DNA of 64,000 nucleotides from an archaeon (GCA_021800855.1 JAJYYP010000001.1:20335-84334); one strand, 5' to 3'; shown: positions 19,068 through 30,524, numbered from the stretch's first letter. Numbers and translations are program-made. The notes: generated by a model not told the origin, from the sequence alone.

Positions 19068-21758
19068 TCAGTGTACGGATTTGGGGAGGCGCCCGAAGAC
19101 GTACGGGAGGACGCCGCCTGACCTGAGATACTCCATCTCGATGGCGTTGTCCACCCTGGCGAGGACGCTGAACCTCTTCGTGTCAGCCCCCCTCCTCGCG
19201 ACTACTTCCACAGAACTCTTCGGCCCGTCCATATTCTCGATGCCGATGACGTCGATTACCTCTTCGCCAGTAAGGCCGAGCCGCTCCACCCCTTCTCCTT
19301 CCCCGAACTGGAGTGGGACCACCCCCATGGCGACCAGGTTGCTCCGGTGAATCCTCTCGAAGCTCTCCGCGATGACCGCCCTGACGCCCAATAGCTTCGG
19401 GGCCTTGGCCGCCCAGTCCCTGGAGCTCCCGGCGCCATATTGTTTCCCCGCCAGGACCACCAAGGGGACGTTCTCCCCGGCGTACCGCTCAGCCGCGTCG
19501 AAGATCGTCATTACTTCGCCATCAGGGAAGTGACTGGTATAACCGCCCTCCTTCCCTTTCGCCAGGGGGTTGCGGAGCCTTATGTTGCTGAAGCCCCCGC
19601 GGACTAGCACCTCGTGGTTCCCCCTCCTGCTCCCATAGGTGGACATCTGGATCAGGTCGACCCCCCTCTCTTTGAGGTATACCCCGGCAGGGCTGTCGAT
19701 GGGTATCGTCCCTGCGGGGGAGATGTGGTCGGTCGTGATCTTGTCCTGGAACACGGCCAGCACCCTCGCCCCTTTGATGTCCCGCATTGCCGAGGCCGAC
19801 TGGGCGGAGTCGAACCACGGCGGGCGCCTGATGTACGTGGACATAGGGTCCCAGCCGTACACTTCCCCAGTAGACGATCTGAGCTCTTCCCATCTCTCGT
19901 CCCCCTTCATGGCGTCTGCGTAGCGTCGCTCATAGAGCCGCGGGTCTAGACACTTCTCGACCGCGTCCTTGACGTCCTGCATCGACGGCCAAAGGTCTTT
20001 CAGATAGACGGGTCGCCCGTCCCTGCCAGAGCCCAAAGGTGTGGACGAGAAATCGAAGTCTATCCTCCCTGCGAGCGCGTATGCGACAACCAGCATCGGG
20101 GACATGAGGAACGAACCCTTCGCGAGGGGGTGGATCCTGCCCTCGAAGTTCCTGTTCCCAGACAGGGCTGCCACCACGTAGAGGTCCCTCTCCTTGATCG
20201 CCTTCTCGATCTCGGGCGCAAGTGGCCCCGAGTTGCCTATGCAGCTCGTGCACCCGTAACCCACCAGGAAAAAGCCAAGCTTCTCCAAATATGGTATGAG
20301 CCCGGCGCTCGTGAGGTAGTCTGTGACCACCATGGAACCGGGGGCCAGACTGGGCTTCACCCAAGGCTTAACAGTCAACCCGGCCTCCACCGCCCGCTTA
20401 GCTATCAGGCCGGCCCCGACCATGACCGTCGGGTTTGAAGTGTTTGTGCAGCTCGTTATCGCTGCTATCACCACCGAGCCGTCCGACAAGCCTGAACGTC
20501 GCTCGTCCACCTGGACGACCGCCTGTCCCGGGGTCGGCCCCGACGCGAGCCCCCTGGAGCCGCCGCCGCTCTTAGCCGTGAGCGTCCTGACCAGCGAAGG
20601 GACAGACACCAAGGCGTGTCTCTCCTCGGGGTTGCGGGGGCCAGCGATGGATGGCTCGATCTTGTCGAGTTCGATGTGTATCACCTCGGTGTAGCGAGGT
20701 TCGACGTCGGTTACGAAGAACCCGTACCGCTTCGCATAGCTTGAGACGAGCTCTATCTGCCTCGCTGGCCTGGCGGTAGCGGCTAGGTAGGTGAGGGTGG
20801 CGTCGTCCACTGGGAAGAAGCCTGCGGTCGCCCCATATTCAGGAGACATGTTCCCTATCGTCGCCCTGTCTGGGACTGACAGCTGGCTGTACCCTTCGCC
20901 GAAGTACTCGACGAAAGCTCCGACCACGTCCCGCTCCCTCAGGCGCTCGGTGACGGCGAGCACGAGGTCGGTGGGGGTGACCCCTTCGCGCAGGGCACCG
21001 GTGAACTTGACCCCGAAGACTTTCGGTATCGGCATGTGGTACGGTTCGCCGAGCATGACAGCCTCGGCTTCGATGCCGCCGACCCCCCATCCGAGACACC
21101 CCACACCGTTCACCATGGTTGTGTGCGAATCTGTCCCCACCAGCGTGTCAGGGTAAGCGGCGAGCCCGTCCCCCTCGCCAGACGACGCCACCACCCGCGA
21201 GAGGTACTCAAGGTTGAATTGGTGGCAAATGCCCTTCCCAGGAGGGAACACCCTCATCCCCTTGAAGGCGGTCCGCGCCCACTTCAGGAGCGAATAGCGC
21301 TCTGCGTTGCGCTCGTACTCCCTCTCCAGGTTGTGGGAGAAGGCCGAGACGCTCCCCCATGCGTCGACCTGGATCGAATGGTCGATGACAAGGTCGACAG
21401 GGACCCGCGAGTTGACGACGCCTGGGTCTATCCCAGCCGCCTTGGCGGCGTCCCGCATTCCAGCCAAGTCCACCACCAGCGGGACCCCGGTGTAGTCCTG
21501 GAGGAGCACCCTGTGTGGCATGAACGGTGTCTCCCTTCCGACGGAGTTGGGCCATTCGGCGAGCGAGTGGGCCGCCTCGAGGGCACCGTCGACCCTCCCC
21601 GAGTTGCGGGCGGCGTTCTCAAGCAGGACACGTATGGAGTACGGAAGACGCTCGACGTCGTACCCTAGGTCCTTCAATCGGAAGACGTTGTAGACCGTCG
21701 CCCTGCCGAATGGGGAGTCAAACTTCTCTCGGATGACGTCAAAGCTCTCATGTGGCAT
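19068..21758 (-). CDS. acnA: aconitate hydratase (AcnA/IRP type)
   Basis: 896 aa. Fe-S ligand motifs ITSCTNTSNP and GCTSCIGNSG, plus VGTDSHT. Confidence 0.95.
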   Translation of the reverse strand: MPHESFDVIREKFDSPFGRATVYNVFRLKDLGYDVERLPYSIRVLLENAARNSGRVDGALEAAHSLAEWPNSVGRETPFMPHRVLLQDYTGVPLVVDLAGMRDAAKAAGIDPGVVNSRVPVDLVIDHSIQVDAWGSVSAFSHNLEREYERNAERYSLLKWARTAFKGMRVFPPGKGICHQFNLEYLSRVVASSGEGDGLAAYPDTLVGTDSHTTMVNGVGCLGWGVGGIEAEAVMLGEPYHMPIPKVFGVKFTGALREGVTPTDLVLAVTERLRERDVVGAFVEYFGEGYSQLSVPDRATIGNMSPEYGATAGFFPVDDATLTYLAATARPARQIELVSSYAKRYGFFVTDVEPRYTEVIHIELDKIEPSIAGPRNPEERHALVSVPSLVRTLTAKSGGGSRGLASGPTPGQAVVQVDERRSGLSDGSVVIAAITSCTNTSNPTVMVGAGLIAKRAVEAGLTVKPWVKPSLAPGSMVVTDYLTSAGLIPYLEKLGFFLVGYGCTSCIGNSGPLAPEIEKAIKERDLYVVAALSGNRNFEGRIHPLAKGSFLMSPMLVVAYALAGRIDFDFSSTPLGSGRDGRPVYLKDLWPSMQDVKDAVEKCLDPRLYERRYADAMKGDERWEELRSSTGEVYGWDPMSTYIRRPPWFDSAQSASAMRDIKGARVLAVFQDKITTDHISPAGTIPIDSPAGVYLKERGVDLIQMSTYGSRRGNHEVLVRGGFSNIRLRNPLAKGKEGGYTSHFPDGEVMTIFDAAERYAGENVPLVVLAGKQYGAGSSRDWAAKAPKLLGVRAVIAESFERIHRSNLVAMGVVPLQFGEGEGVERLGLTGEEVIDVIGIENMDGPKSSVEVVARRGADTKRFSVLARVDNAIEMEYLRSGGVLPYVFGRLPKSVH

Positions 21759-21828
21759 AGCAGTCGGCTCGCTGCGGCTCGACCCCGCTATTTGAATTTA
21801 GGCTGAAGCGCGCCAGACGGCCTCCGTG

Positions 21829-23289
21829 TCACTCGGGCTCGAAGCCGCGGACGTGCTCCGCTTTCCCTTGAGTGAGGCCTGCGGTCCGCTTTCCTCTGAG
21901 GACGGAGGGGAGAATGGCGACCGCATTGATTGCGGCGGAGACCTCGAAGGCGTAGTCGATGCCCCTGGCGAACAGCGCCTTGTCCAGACCCGCGATCGCA
22001 GCGGGGTTGCCAGATGATATCACCGCGGTTATGGTTGAGTACGGCAGCACCGTGGTCATCAGCAGTAGGGCGACGTTGAAGCTCAGGACGTATCCTACGT
22101 TGAAGAAGGTGGCGCGCACCCCCGACGCCACCCCTCTGACCGACGGCGGGACAGAGCCCATGATCGAACTCATGTTGGGTGAACTGAAGACCCCCAGGCC
22201 AACCCCGAAGACTATCAGATAGCCTGCCAGCGCGAGGTATGGGGTGGAGACGGCGGTGGTGGAGAAGAGCAGGAGGGATCCGCTGATTATCGCGAGTCCG
22301 GCTGTGGTGAAAGGCATGTGCCCGAACCTGTCCGAGAGGCGGCCGCTGAGGGGGCCGACCGCGAGAAAGGCGATGTCGAAAGGGATGATGGCGATTCCGG
22401 CGGCGAAGGGGGTCATCCCCTTCACCAGCTGCAGATATAGGCTCAGCAGGAGTATGACCGCACCCCAGGAGAGCGAGTTAATCATCTGGGCGGTCACCCC
22501 TCCGGTGAACTCCCTGATCCTCAAGAGCCCGAGGTTGAGCAGTGGGTAGGGGTCCCTGCGCTCCCTCAGGATGAACAGGGCGAAGAAGACGGCAGCGCCT
22601 GCGAGCAGGAGGACGAGCTCCTCTGGAGGGAAGGTGCCGTAAGCCGCGTACGTGAGGGTGAGTAGCAGGAGGACTATGGCTGCAGTGAAGGTGAAAAACC
22701 CGCCCCAGTCCATTGGGATCCCCCTTTCCGGCTTGGAAAGCTCCTTCAGCCTTCGGCGCGCCCAAAGCGTCCCGAAGATCCCGATGGGGACGTTGATGTA
22801 GAATAGGGCGCGCCAGTCCAGGAACAGGAGTATCAGGCCGCTGAGAGTCAGGCCTGCCATGGCCCCGACCCTGAAAGCGACCTGGTTGATGCCTAGGAAG
22901 AGCCCGAGCTCGTCGCTGGGAGTGGCGTCAGTGATGATGGCAGCGCTGTTTGCGAAGAGAGCCGCAGACCCGAGTCCCTGCAGGACCCTAAAGACGATGA
23001 CGTAGTCAGGGGAGGGCGAGATGCTGGTGAGGAAGGACCCGACGGTGAATATGAGGAACCCGACGGCGTATATCTTCACCCGCCCCATCATGTCGCTCAC
23101 CCTCCCGATGAATAGGAGAGCGACGGTGCTGCCGAAGACGTAAGCCTGGGTGAACCAAATCGCCTGCTCTGCCCCGGCCCCCAAGGCGGCGGCGACCTCG
23201 GGGATGCCGATCACGATAATCCGCGAGTCGATGCCTGACATGAGCACCCCGACCGTGGTTACCGTAAGGACTGTCCACTTGTACTGCAA
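21829..23289 (-). CDS. MFS transporter, DHA2 (EmrB/QacA-like, about 14 TM)
   Basis: N-terminus [25 protein letters not shown], motif GRVSDMMGR, many TM segments. Confidence 0.85.
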   Translation of the reverse strand: MQYKWTVLTVTTVGVLMSGIDSRIIVIGIPEVAAALGAGAEQAIWFTQAYVFGSTVALLFIGRVSDMMGRVKIYAVGFLIFTVGSFLTSISPSPDYVIVFRVLQGLGSAALFANSAAIITDATPSDELGLFLGINQVAFRVGAMAGLTLSGLILLFLDWRALFYINVPIGIFGTLWARRRLKELSKPERGIPMDWGGFFTFTAAIVLLLLTLTYAAYGTFPPEELVLLLAGAAVFFALFILRERRDPYPLLNLGLLRIREFTGGVTAQMINSLSWGAVILLLSLYLQLVKGMTPFAAGIAIIPFDIAFLAVGPLSGRLSDRFGHMPFTTAGLAIISGSLLLFSTTAVSTPYLALAGYLIVFGVGLGVFSSPNMSSIMGSVPPSVRGVASGVRATFFNVGYVLSFNVALLLMTTVLPYSTITAVISSGNPAAIAGLDKALFARGIDYAFEVSAAINAVAILPSVLRGKRTAGLTQGKAEHVRGFEPE

Positions 23290-23308
23290 GGGAGGTCACG
23301 CGGGCACC

Positions 23309-25414
23309 ATGGCCGTAGCTCGCAGCCGGTTGAGGAATGTTAAACGTTGTTCCCTAGAGACAACTTCAATTAGACCGCGCAGCGTCGGCCGGACGAAGTT
23401 GGAGGACAGGACACCCAACAGGCTAGCGAAGGAGAAGAGCCCATACCTGCTGGAACATGCCTACAACCCGGTGGACTGGTGGCCTTGGTGCGATGAAGCA
23501 CTGGCCAAGGCGAAGAACGACGGCAAACCGATATTCCTGAGCGTTGGGTACTCTGCATGTCACTGGTGCCACGTCCTTGCGAAGGAGTCGTTCGAAGACC
23601 AAAGGACAGCTGCATTCATCAATAAGAACTTCATCCCCATAAAGGTCGACAGAGAGGAAAGGCCGGAGGTCGACGCGTACTATATGGCCGCCGTCCAGGC
23701 GATGACCGGCCGGGGCGGGTGGCCACTGAGCGTCTTCCTCACTCCCAGTCTCGAGCCATTCTACGGGGGGACATACTTCCCCCCCGAGCCCCAACAGGGG
23801 ATGCCGAGCTTCATGCAGGTCTTGCAGTTCGTCGCGAACCTATGGAAGGAGAAGAGGGCTGAGGTGTCAGCGAACGCGGAGGAGCTGTCAAGGGTCCTGC
23901 ATGCAAGTGGGAGGGGGGCGGCGGAGCCGGCGAGCGGGGCGATGGACGAGTGCTACGCGGGTTTGATGTCAACCTTTGACTCCACCCACGGAGGGTTCGG
24001 CACCGCCCCGAAGTTCCCACTGCCTGTCACCCTGGAGTTCCTCATGAGGTACTACTTCAGGACAGGGAAGGAGCTGGCCAAGGCCAACGCGTTGAAAACG
24101 CTGGACGGGATGATGGCCGGTGGGATAAGGGACCATCTCGGGGGCGGGTTCCACCGCTACTCCACCGACAGAGAGTGGCTGGTCCCTCACTTCGAGAAAA
24201 TGCTCTACGACAACGCCCTCCTGGCCAGGACGTATGCCGAGGCGTATCAGCTGACAGGGAAACCAGAGTACGCGGACGTCGCCCGGGAAGCTCTAGGGTG
24301 GGTCGTGGGCGAGATGAAGAACCCAGAGGGGGGATTCTACTCCGCCCAGGACGCGGACACTGCCGAAGGAGAGGGGACGTACTACAGCTGGACCCCGCGC
24401 GAGGTGATCGAGTGCGTCGGGATGGAAGACGGCGAAGCGTTCAACAAGATGTATGGAGTGACCAAGACAGGCAACTTCGAAGGGAGGAGCTTGCTCCACC
24501 TCGAACCAGGGAGGGCGCATTCGAAGGATGAGCAGGCAGCCGCAGCCAGGGTCAGGCCCGCGCTGTACGCCAGGAGGCTCGAGAGGGCCAGGCCGAAGAC
24601 GGACACGAAGGTCTTGACGTCATGGAACGGGCTCGCTATATCCGCCCTTGCCTTCACCGGCAGGGTGCTCCGCGACGATGCGCTCGTGGCGGAAGCGTCA
24701 GGGACTGCAGACTTCGTCCTGCGGAGGCTGCACGAAGGCGGAAGGCTGTTCCGCAGGTACGCGGATGGCGAAGCCGCGCTGCCTGGGACGCTAGAAGACT
24801 ACGCGTTCTTCATCATGGGGATGTTGGATTTGTTCGAAGCGACAGGGGACCCGAGCAGGCTCCAGGATTCCCTGGGACTGGCGGACACCATGCTGGAGTT
24901 CGAGGACAGGGAGTCTGGGGGATTTTACATGGCGCTCGAGCAGAAGCCTGCGAGAGTGAAGGAGAGCTACGACGGCCCCGCCCCGTCAGGGAACTCGGTG
25001 GCAGCCTTGGACCTCGCGCGTCTCAGCGCGCTGACAGGGAGGGGCGCGCTGAGGGAAGCGGCCGAGAGGACACTGAGGGCGTTCGGGAAGGGACTGAGCG
25101 AAAACCCGACAGGCCACACTTGCATGCTCGTGGCCCTGGACATGCTCACGAACGGGTCGAGGGAGGTCGTGCTGACTGCCAGCCGGTTCTCCGATGCCAG
25201 GCCCTTCGTTGAAGCTGCCTACGGGACGTACTCGCCCGACAGAGTCCTCGTGATTGGGACGGAAACAAACTGGTCGACGCTCTCGAAGGTCGTCCCGCTG
25301 CTCGAGGGGAGGAGACCCGGAGCCGAACCCACGGCCTACGTCTGCGTGAACAGCACGTGCAATCTCCCCGCGAGGAGCGCGGCGGAACTCGCGTCCCAGC
25401 TGAGAGCAGGTTAG
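23309..25414 (+). CDS. thioredoxin-domain (DUF255/YyaL-like) protein with six-hairpin C-terminal domain
   Basis: Motifs [24 protein letters not shown] and [12 protein letters not shown]. The ORF-track start at 23150 lies inside the divergent MFS gene. The first usable ATG is 23309. An in-frame TTG at 23399 would give the family-typical N-terminus. Confidence 0.8.
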   Translation: MAVARSRLRNVKRCSLETTSIRPRSVGRTKLEDRTPNRLAKEKSPYLLEHAYNPVDWWPWCDEALAKAKNDGKPIFLSVGYSACHWCHVLAKESFEDQRTAAFINKNFIPIKVDREERPEVDAYYMAAVQAMTGRGGWPLSVFLTPSLEPFYGGTYFPPEPQQGMPSFMQVLQFVANLWKEKRAEVSANAEELSRVLHASGRGAAEPASGAMDECYAGLMSTFDSTHGGFGTAPKFPLPVTLEFLMRYYFRTGKELAKANALKTLDGMMAGGIRDHLGGGFHRYSTDREWLVPHFEKMLYDNALLARTYAEAYQLTGKPEYADVAREALGWVVGEMKNPEGGFYSAQDADTAEGEGTYYSWTPREVIECVGMEDGEAFNKMYGVTKTGNFEGRSLLHLEPGRAHSKDEQAAAARVRPALYARRLERARPKTDTKVLTSWNGLAISALAFTGRVLRDDALVAEASGTADFVLRRLHEGGRLFRRYADGEAALPGTLEDYAFFIMGMLDLFEATGDPSRLQDSLGLADTMLEFEDRESGGFYMALEQKPARVKESYDGPAPSGNSVAALDLARLSALTGRGALREAAERTLRAFGKGLSENPTGHTCMLVALDMLTNGSREVVLTASRFSDARPFVEAAYGTYSPDRVLVIGTETNWSTLSKVVPLLEGRRPGAEPTAYVCVNSTCNLPARSAAELASQLRAG

Positions 25415-25447
25415 ACCTTTTATCGGGCCTCAGTCGACCGGAACGAG

Positions 25448-25750
25448 ATGGCAGGGACCTGGGAGATAAGAGGGCTCTTCGGGAACGAGTATGCCATGGA
25501 GCAGGCGATTGAGGCGCTCAGGAAGCAGACAGGGGTCGAGTGGACAGTCCTCGACAGGCGGAACCTCTCAGTCAAGCTGGCCAGGAGGGACAGGGACGCC
25601 GAGGAGATGGTCAGGAGGACCTTCGAGATGTACCATGGGTACACCGAACATGAGGGCCCTCTAGGTGAATACGACCGCCTGAGGCGAAAAGAGCTTGAAA
25701 AGAAGCTGAAGAAGGAAGAGGAGAAGCGCCGTCGCGCGCCGAAGGGCTGA
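25448..25750 (+). CDS. hypothetical 100-aa protein with Lys/Glu/Arg-rich tail
   Basis: Clean ORF with gene-like codon usage. No motif recognised. Confidence 0.45.
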   Translation: MAGTWEIRGLFGNEYAMEQAIEALRKQTGVEWTVLDRRNLSVKLARRDRDAEEMVRRTFEMYHGYTEHEGPLGEYDRLRRKELEKKLKKEEEKRRRAPKG

Positions 25751-25757
25751 AGCCAGG

Positions 25758-26228
25758 TCAGGCATAACCGGGATAGGACGATGGGTAGGCCGCGATAAGC
25801 GCAAGGTTGAGTTCCAGGACGTTCACGTAGGGGGTCCCTGTGACCCAGAGTGTCCAATGCTCGTGGGACGTCACCAGGGCGACGAGGCTCGACCTGGCGA
25901 TGCCGGTGGCGTTGGATATCCTCGGGACTTGGGAGAGCGCTTCCGCGACCGTGATGTCTGGGTCCACACCTGAAGCCGACGCAGTGAGTGGGTTGGTCTC
26001 GTTCCTCCCATGGAAGAAGCCCGGCAAGGTGAAGCCGTTATCGATGTAATACGAGCCGACAGCTCTCCCTCCCAGCCGGGCCTGACTCCCGTCTGCCTGG
26101 TACGGCAGCGCGGCTTGCGCGATGCCTGTTATCAGCAGTGGATAGGCGAGGCCGCACACTAACATCGACAGGATGGAGAGCGCGATCACTGGCCTGTACT
26201 TCGTCCACCTCGAACTCCTTGTGCTCAT
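25758..26228 (-). CDS. kdpC: K+-transporting ATPase subunit C
   Basis: N-terminal TM followed by GLAYPLLITGIAQAALPYQADGS. Later motif ASGVDPDITV. Sits downstream of kdpB. Confidence 0.85.
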   Translation of the reverse strand: MSTRSSRWTKYRPVIALSILSMLVCGLAYPLLITGIAQAALPYQADGSQARLGGRAVGSYYIDNGFTLPGFFHGRNETNPLTASASGVDPDITVAEALSQVPRISNATGIARSSLVALVTSHEHWTLWVTGTPYVNVLELNLALIAAYPSSYPGYA

Positions 26229-26237
26229 GCCTACCCC

Positions 26238-28397
26238 CTAAAGGACCCCCAGGAGCACGTCGATGAGCTTTATCCCGACGAAGGGGACGACCACCCCACC
26301 CACGCCGTAAACCAGTACGTTCCTGAGGAAGAGCGACATGGTGCTGGAGGGCTTGAATGTCACCCCGCGCATCGCCAACGGTATGAGCAAGGGGATGACT
26401 ATGGCGTTGAAGATGAGGGCAGAGAGGACGGCCGTCTGAAGGCCCAGCCCCAGTATGTTGAGCGACCTGAGGGCAGGGAAGGCAGTGGCGAACATGACCG
26501 GGAGGATGGCGAAGTACTTCGCGACGTCGTTAGAGATGCTGAAGGCGGTCACCGCCCCCCTCGTCATCAGAAGCTGTTTGCCTAGCAGGACGACGTCGAT
26601 GATTTTCGCAGGGTTGGATTCGAGGTCCACCATGTTGGCGGCCTCCTTGGCTGCCTCGGTCCCTGAGTTCATGGCCAGGCCGACGTCGGCCGCGGCGAGG
26701 GCTGGGGCGTCGTTTGTCCCGTCGCCTATCATAGCCACTATGTGATTATGCGATTGCTCCTTCAGCACGACGCCGTACTTGTCTTCTGGTTTCACCTGAG
26801 CCACGAACTCGTCTATCCCCACCTCTGAGGCAATGCTCCTTGCGGTGAGTGGCTGGTCCCCGGTTATCATCACAGGCCTGATCCCCATGGCCTTGACGGC
26901 TTCTATCTTCTCCCTGGTCCCGGGCTTCAGGACGTCCTTCAGCCTGACCAGCCCTACCACTTCGTGGTCTTTGGCTACGGCCATCGGGGTGTCACCTTCT
27001 GAGGCGACCGCATCCACCAGCTCTTGGAACCCCTTCGGGACAGTGAATCCAGACCTCAGGAAGGAGTCTGGAGCCCCCTTCACTATCTCCGTCTCTTCGC
27101 CGGAGAGGTGCATCCCCTGTTCGCCGGGCCCCTCTAGGAAGAACTTTCTCCTGACCCTCTGGACGCTCCCCTTGGGGAGGACGAAACTGGAGCCGAAGTG
27201 GAGCTTGACCCCGCTCGTCCTTGTCTGTGCCGAGAAGTCGTACACCTCTGACAGGGAAAGTGCATTGAGCTCCCTTGGGACGAAACCCTTCTCGTGGGCT
27301 AGTCTGATGACGCTCCTCCCCTCTGGTGTGTCGTCGAACCACGACGAGAGGAACGCCGCCTCCCCAACCTCCTTCACCGTCCTGGCCCCCAATGGTATCA
27401 ACTCGACGGCCTGCCTGTTGCCGACCGTGATGGTCCCGGTCTTGTCCAGAAGGATGGCATCAGTGTCCCCTGCCGTCTCAATCGCCTTCCCTGACTTCGC
27501 GACCACTTTCCTTTCGTAGAGCCGGCTTATGCCTGAGAGGCCGATGGCCGGGAGCAGGGCGCCGATGGTGGTGGGGAGGAGGCAGACATACAGGGCAATC
27601 AGGACTGAAAGGTCGACGCGGAGCCCCAGGGCGACGGAGAGCCCGAGGATCGAGGCTACGATTATGGTGAAGACGGCGGACAGGCCGAAGATGACCATAG
27701 TGATGGCCACTTCGTTGGGGGTCTTGGGGCGCTTGGAGGACTCAACCAGGCGGACCATCTGGTCGAGGTAGCTTTCGCCCGGGTTCACAGCAACCCTGGC
27801 GGTCATGGTGTCACTTGCTACCTTCGAGCCCCCGATCAGGCTGTCGCCGGGGGCCTTCCGGACGGGCGCGGACTCGCCTGTGACCAGGGACTCGTCCACC
27901 ATGGCTATGCCTTCGAGGACCTCCGCGTCCACGGGTACGACGTCCCCTTTCTCCAACAAGACCAAGTCCCCCTTCTGGAGCGTGGTAGACAGGGTGCGGA
28001 CGACCTCCCGCTCCCAGCCTTCGGTTACGACCTTCTTCGCGGGGACCTCGGTCTCCAGCTGTTTCAGGGCGCTCGCTGTGTTCTTCGCCTGCTGTTCAGC
28101 CAGCGAGTCAGAGAGGGTGCTGAACCAGACAGTGACGATGAGGACTGCCGCGACCTCGACGTAGAACCCCCTGTCGCTGGGGCTGGCGAATGGAGCGAAG
28201 GCGCTGGGGAATGCGGCCATGGCTGCGACGACGAAGAAAGCCAGCTCCACAATCAGCATCACGGGGTTTGAGAGGAGAGAAGCGGGGCTCAGCCTGACGA
28301 CAGACTCCGTCAGGGTCTTGGCCGTCAGCGCAGATGGGCGGCGTGACACCCTCGCCCTGCCAAGCACCCTGTCGAGGCCGGGGACGTGCCTAGCCAA
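26238..28397 (-). CDS. kdpB: K+-transporting P-type ATPase subunit B
   Basis: Motifs DKTGTIT, MIGDGTNDAPALA and TGESAPV. Overlaps the kdpA stop by 8 nt. Confidence 0.95.
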   Translation of the reverse strand: MARHVPGLDRVLGRARVSRRPSALTAKTLTESVVRLSPASLLSNPVMLIVELAFFVVAAMAAFPSAFAPFASPSDRGFYVEVAAVLIVTVWFSTLSDSLAEQQAKNTASALKQLETEVPAKKVVTEGWEREVVRTLSTTLQKGDLVLLEKGDVVPVDAEVLEGIAMVDESLVTGESAPVRKAPGDSLIGGSKVASDTMTARVAVNPGESYLDQMVRLVESSKRPKTPNEVAITMVIFGLSAVFTIIVASILGLSVALGLRVDLSVLIALYVCLLPTTIGALLPAIGLSGISRLYERKVVAKSGKAIETAGDTDAILLDKTGTITVGNRQAVELIPLGARTVKEVGEAAFLSSWFDDTPEGRSVIRLAHEKGFVPRELNALSLSEVYDFSAQTRTSGVKLHFGSSFVLPKGSVQRVRRKFFLEGPGEQGMHLSGEETEIVKGAPDSFLRSGFTVPKGFQELVDAVASEGDTPMAVAKDHEVVGLVRLKDVLKPGTREKIEAVKAMGIRPVMITGDQPLTARSIASEVGIDEFVAQVKPEDKYGVVLKEQSHNHIVAMIGDGTNDAPALAAADVGLAMNSGTEAAKEAANMVDLESNPAKIIDVVLLGKQLLMTRGAVTAFSISNDVAKYFAILPVMFATAFPALRSLNILGLGLQTAVLSALIFNAIVIPLLIPLAMRGVTFKPSSTMSLFLRNVLVYGVGGVVVPFVGIKLIDVLLGVL

Positions 28398-30057
28398 CGA
28401 AATTCACCAACCCCTGGAAATAGGCAAGCAGCGGGCCCAGTATGAGGAATGGCAAGAACGTCAGGACGACCAGCAGCAGGATGCTCCCTATCAGGACGAA
28501 AGAGAAGGCGGCGCCGTCGGTCCTGAGGCTCTGCTCTGCCACCCTCTTCCTCCCTATCATCGAGCCGGCGAGGGCGAGGAGTATCGCAATAGGCACGAAG
28601 CGCCCGACGAACATCACAACCGCGGTCGCGAAGTTGAAAAACGGCGTGTTGGCCGCAGCCCCCAGGAAGTCTGACCCGTTGTTGGCGGCGGAGCTCGTGA
28701 ACTCGTATAATACCTGGGTGAATGCCACGGAGGTTGGAAGCGACGAGAACCCAGGGATGGCGTCGACCGCCTTCGTGGCGAAGGCCGCCAAGGTGGGGAC
28801 CAGTATAGCGATAGGATGGACCAGGAAAGCGACCATCACAAGCTTGACGTCCCTGGCTGTTATCTTCGCCCCGAGATACTCCGGGGTCCGGCCTGTCATG
28901 AGCCCGACGACGAAGACTGTGATGACCACGTACATCAGCATGTACATGACCCCCACCCCGATCCCTCCGGGGGTCGCCTGCACCAGCATCCCCATGTAGG
29001 CTGAGAGGATGCCCAACGGGTTGATCCCTGCCAGCGAGGCGTTCAGTGAGCCCGTGGTGGACGCCGTGGTTATGACAGTCCAGAGTGTGGAAAAGAAGCC
29101 GCCGAACCTTGTCTCGATGCCTGGCCCGACCGCAGGGATGGAGCCGAGGAAAGCCACGGCCAGGTCGATTGCCAGGAGGCCGTAGCTCCCGATCAGGATA
29201 GGCCTGGTCTCCTTCTTCTTTCCGATGAGCTCTCCGAACGTGAAGATGAGGGTGGTCGGGAGGAGGAGCATCAGGTATATCTCGAGGACATCGGTGACAG
29301 GGGTCGGGTTCTGGAAGGGATAGGCCGAGTTGGCGCCGAAGTACCCCCCGCCGTTGGTGCCGATCTGCATTATGGAGACGAGAGACGCCACGGGCCCGAC
29401 GAGGAGCTCCTGGGTGGCGCCTTCCACCGTCTTCACAGTTACGTAGCCCCCTATGGTTTGCGGTACCCCTAACGCGACCAGGACCAGGGCCGCCACGGCG
29501 CAGAGAGGGAGGAGTATCCTCGTCAGTACCCTCACGAAGTCGACGTAGAAGTTCCCAAGGTGCGCCGATCCAGGCCTCAGTCCCCGCACCATGGCGACCA
29601 TCACGCAGACCCCTGTGGCGGCCGAGGTGAACTGCAGGAACTGTATGGCAGTCATCTGCGAGAAGTAAGAGAGGGCCGTCTCCCCGGCATAGTGCTGGAG
29701 GTTGGTGTTTGTACCGAACGATACGACCGTGTTGAAAGCCAGGTCCCAGCTCAGGCCGGGGAACCCCTGGGGGTTCAGCGGGAGGACTCCCTGCCCCACC
29801 AGGATCGCGAAGGCTATGGCCATCTGGGCGACGTTGAGGAAGATTACCGCGAAGAGGTATTCCCTCCACCCCATAGTCATCTTTGGGTCTGCCCCTATCA
29901 GCCTGTAGACAGCACTCTCGAAAGGGTCCAACAGCCTGTCGAGCCGCGTGGGGGTGCCAGTGAGCACCCTGACTACATAGGGGGCGAGGAGGCTACCCGA
30001 GATGAGAGTTGAAGCCAGGATAGCTACGACGATTAGAGACTGGATGGCGTCTATCAA
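28390..30057 (-). CDS. kdpA: K+-transporting ATPase subunit A
   Basis: 555-aa polytopic protein with GTNGGG-type selectivity-filter-like motifs (QIGTNGGGYFGANSA). TTG start. Confidence 0.9.
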   Translation of the reverse strand: MIDAIQSLIVVAILASTLISGSLLAPYVVRVLTGTPTRLDRLLDPFESAVYRLIGADPKMTMGWREYLFAVIFLNVAQMAIAFAILVGQGVLPLNPQGFPGLSWDLAFNTVVSFGTNTNLQHYAGETALSYFSQMTAIQFLQFTSAATGVCVMVAMVRGLRPGSAHLGNFYVDFVRVLTRILLPLCAVAALVLVALGVPQTIGGYVTVKTVEGATQELLVGPVASLVSIMQIGTNGGGYFGANSAYPFQNPTPVTDVLEIYLMLLLPTTLIFTFGELIGKKKETRPILIGSYGLLAIDLAVAFLGSIPAVGPGIETRFGGFFSTLWTVITTASTTGSLNASLAGINPLGILSAYMGMLVQATPGGIGVGVMYMLMYVVITVFVVGLMTGRTPEYLGAKITARDVKLVMVAFLVHPIAILVPTLAAFATKAVDAIPGFSSLPTSVAFTQVLYEFTSSAANNGSDFLGAAANTPFFNFATAVVMFVGRFVPIAILLALAGSMIGRKRVAEQSLRTDGAAFSFVLIGSILLLVVLTFLPFLILGPLLAYFQGLVNFVG

Positions 30058-30114
30058 CTATCTCAAGTTCCATTGCTGCCCCTTGGCCCCTGATGTGAGT
30101 GTTTCGCAGGCGGC

Positions 30115-30405
30115 CTAGCGCCCCGAAGGCCGAGGCTTCGCATCCCCGTTGAAGCGGGGACCCTTGTGGGTATACAAGACCATGGCGCTTACTGTGCTCT
30201 TGATCCCCTTTATCTTGAGGATCCTGTTCTTCAGGATGTCCCTGAACTCTTCGATGTCTGTCGCTGACACGAGAGTCACGACATCGAACTCCCCGGTCAC
30301 CTCGTACAGCTCCTCTATGTTCGGGATCCTCTTCAAGGCTTCCACTACCTCATCCATGCTCGGCGAATCCACGAAGATGTCCACGAACGCAAGCATCTTG
30401 GCCAT
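30115..30405 (-). CDS. stand-alone Lrp/AsnC-type ligand-binding (RAM) domain protein, no HTH
   Basis: 96 aa with VTGEFDVVTLV and GIKSTVSAMVL. Too short for a DNA-binding domain. Lies 57 nt upstream of kdpA on the same strand. Confidence 0.75.
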   Translation of the reverse strand: MAKMLAFVDIFVDSPSMDEVVEALKRIPNIEELYEVTGEFDVVTLVSATDIEEFRDILKNRILKIKGIKSTVSAMVLYTHKGPRFNGDAKPRPSGR

Positions 30406-30524
30406 GAATCAGACCGTTCGCTTGGGCGGCCGCGTCTTCGGCGATATATACGTTCCCGAAGCAGACGCAGACCGCCGCCTGCCCTGTGCCATTGATATAT
30501 AGCGAGGACGACTGACGGGCCAGA

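Noticed and set aside
28325-29869. 514-aa minus-strand ORF
   Set aside because: It is an alternative frame within kdpA. It is extremely Arg/Gly/Pro-rich, whereas the kdpA frame gives a proper polytopic KdpA sequence.
30058-30114. Search for a kdpF minigene upstream of kdpA
   Set aside because: Only 57 nt are available. The single ATG-initiated frame runs into kdpA out of frame and is not hydrophobic.
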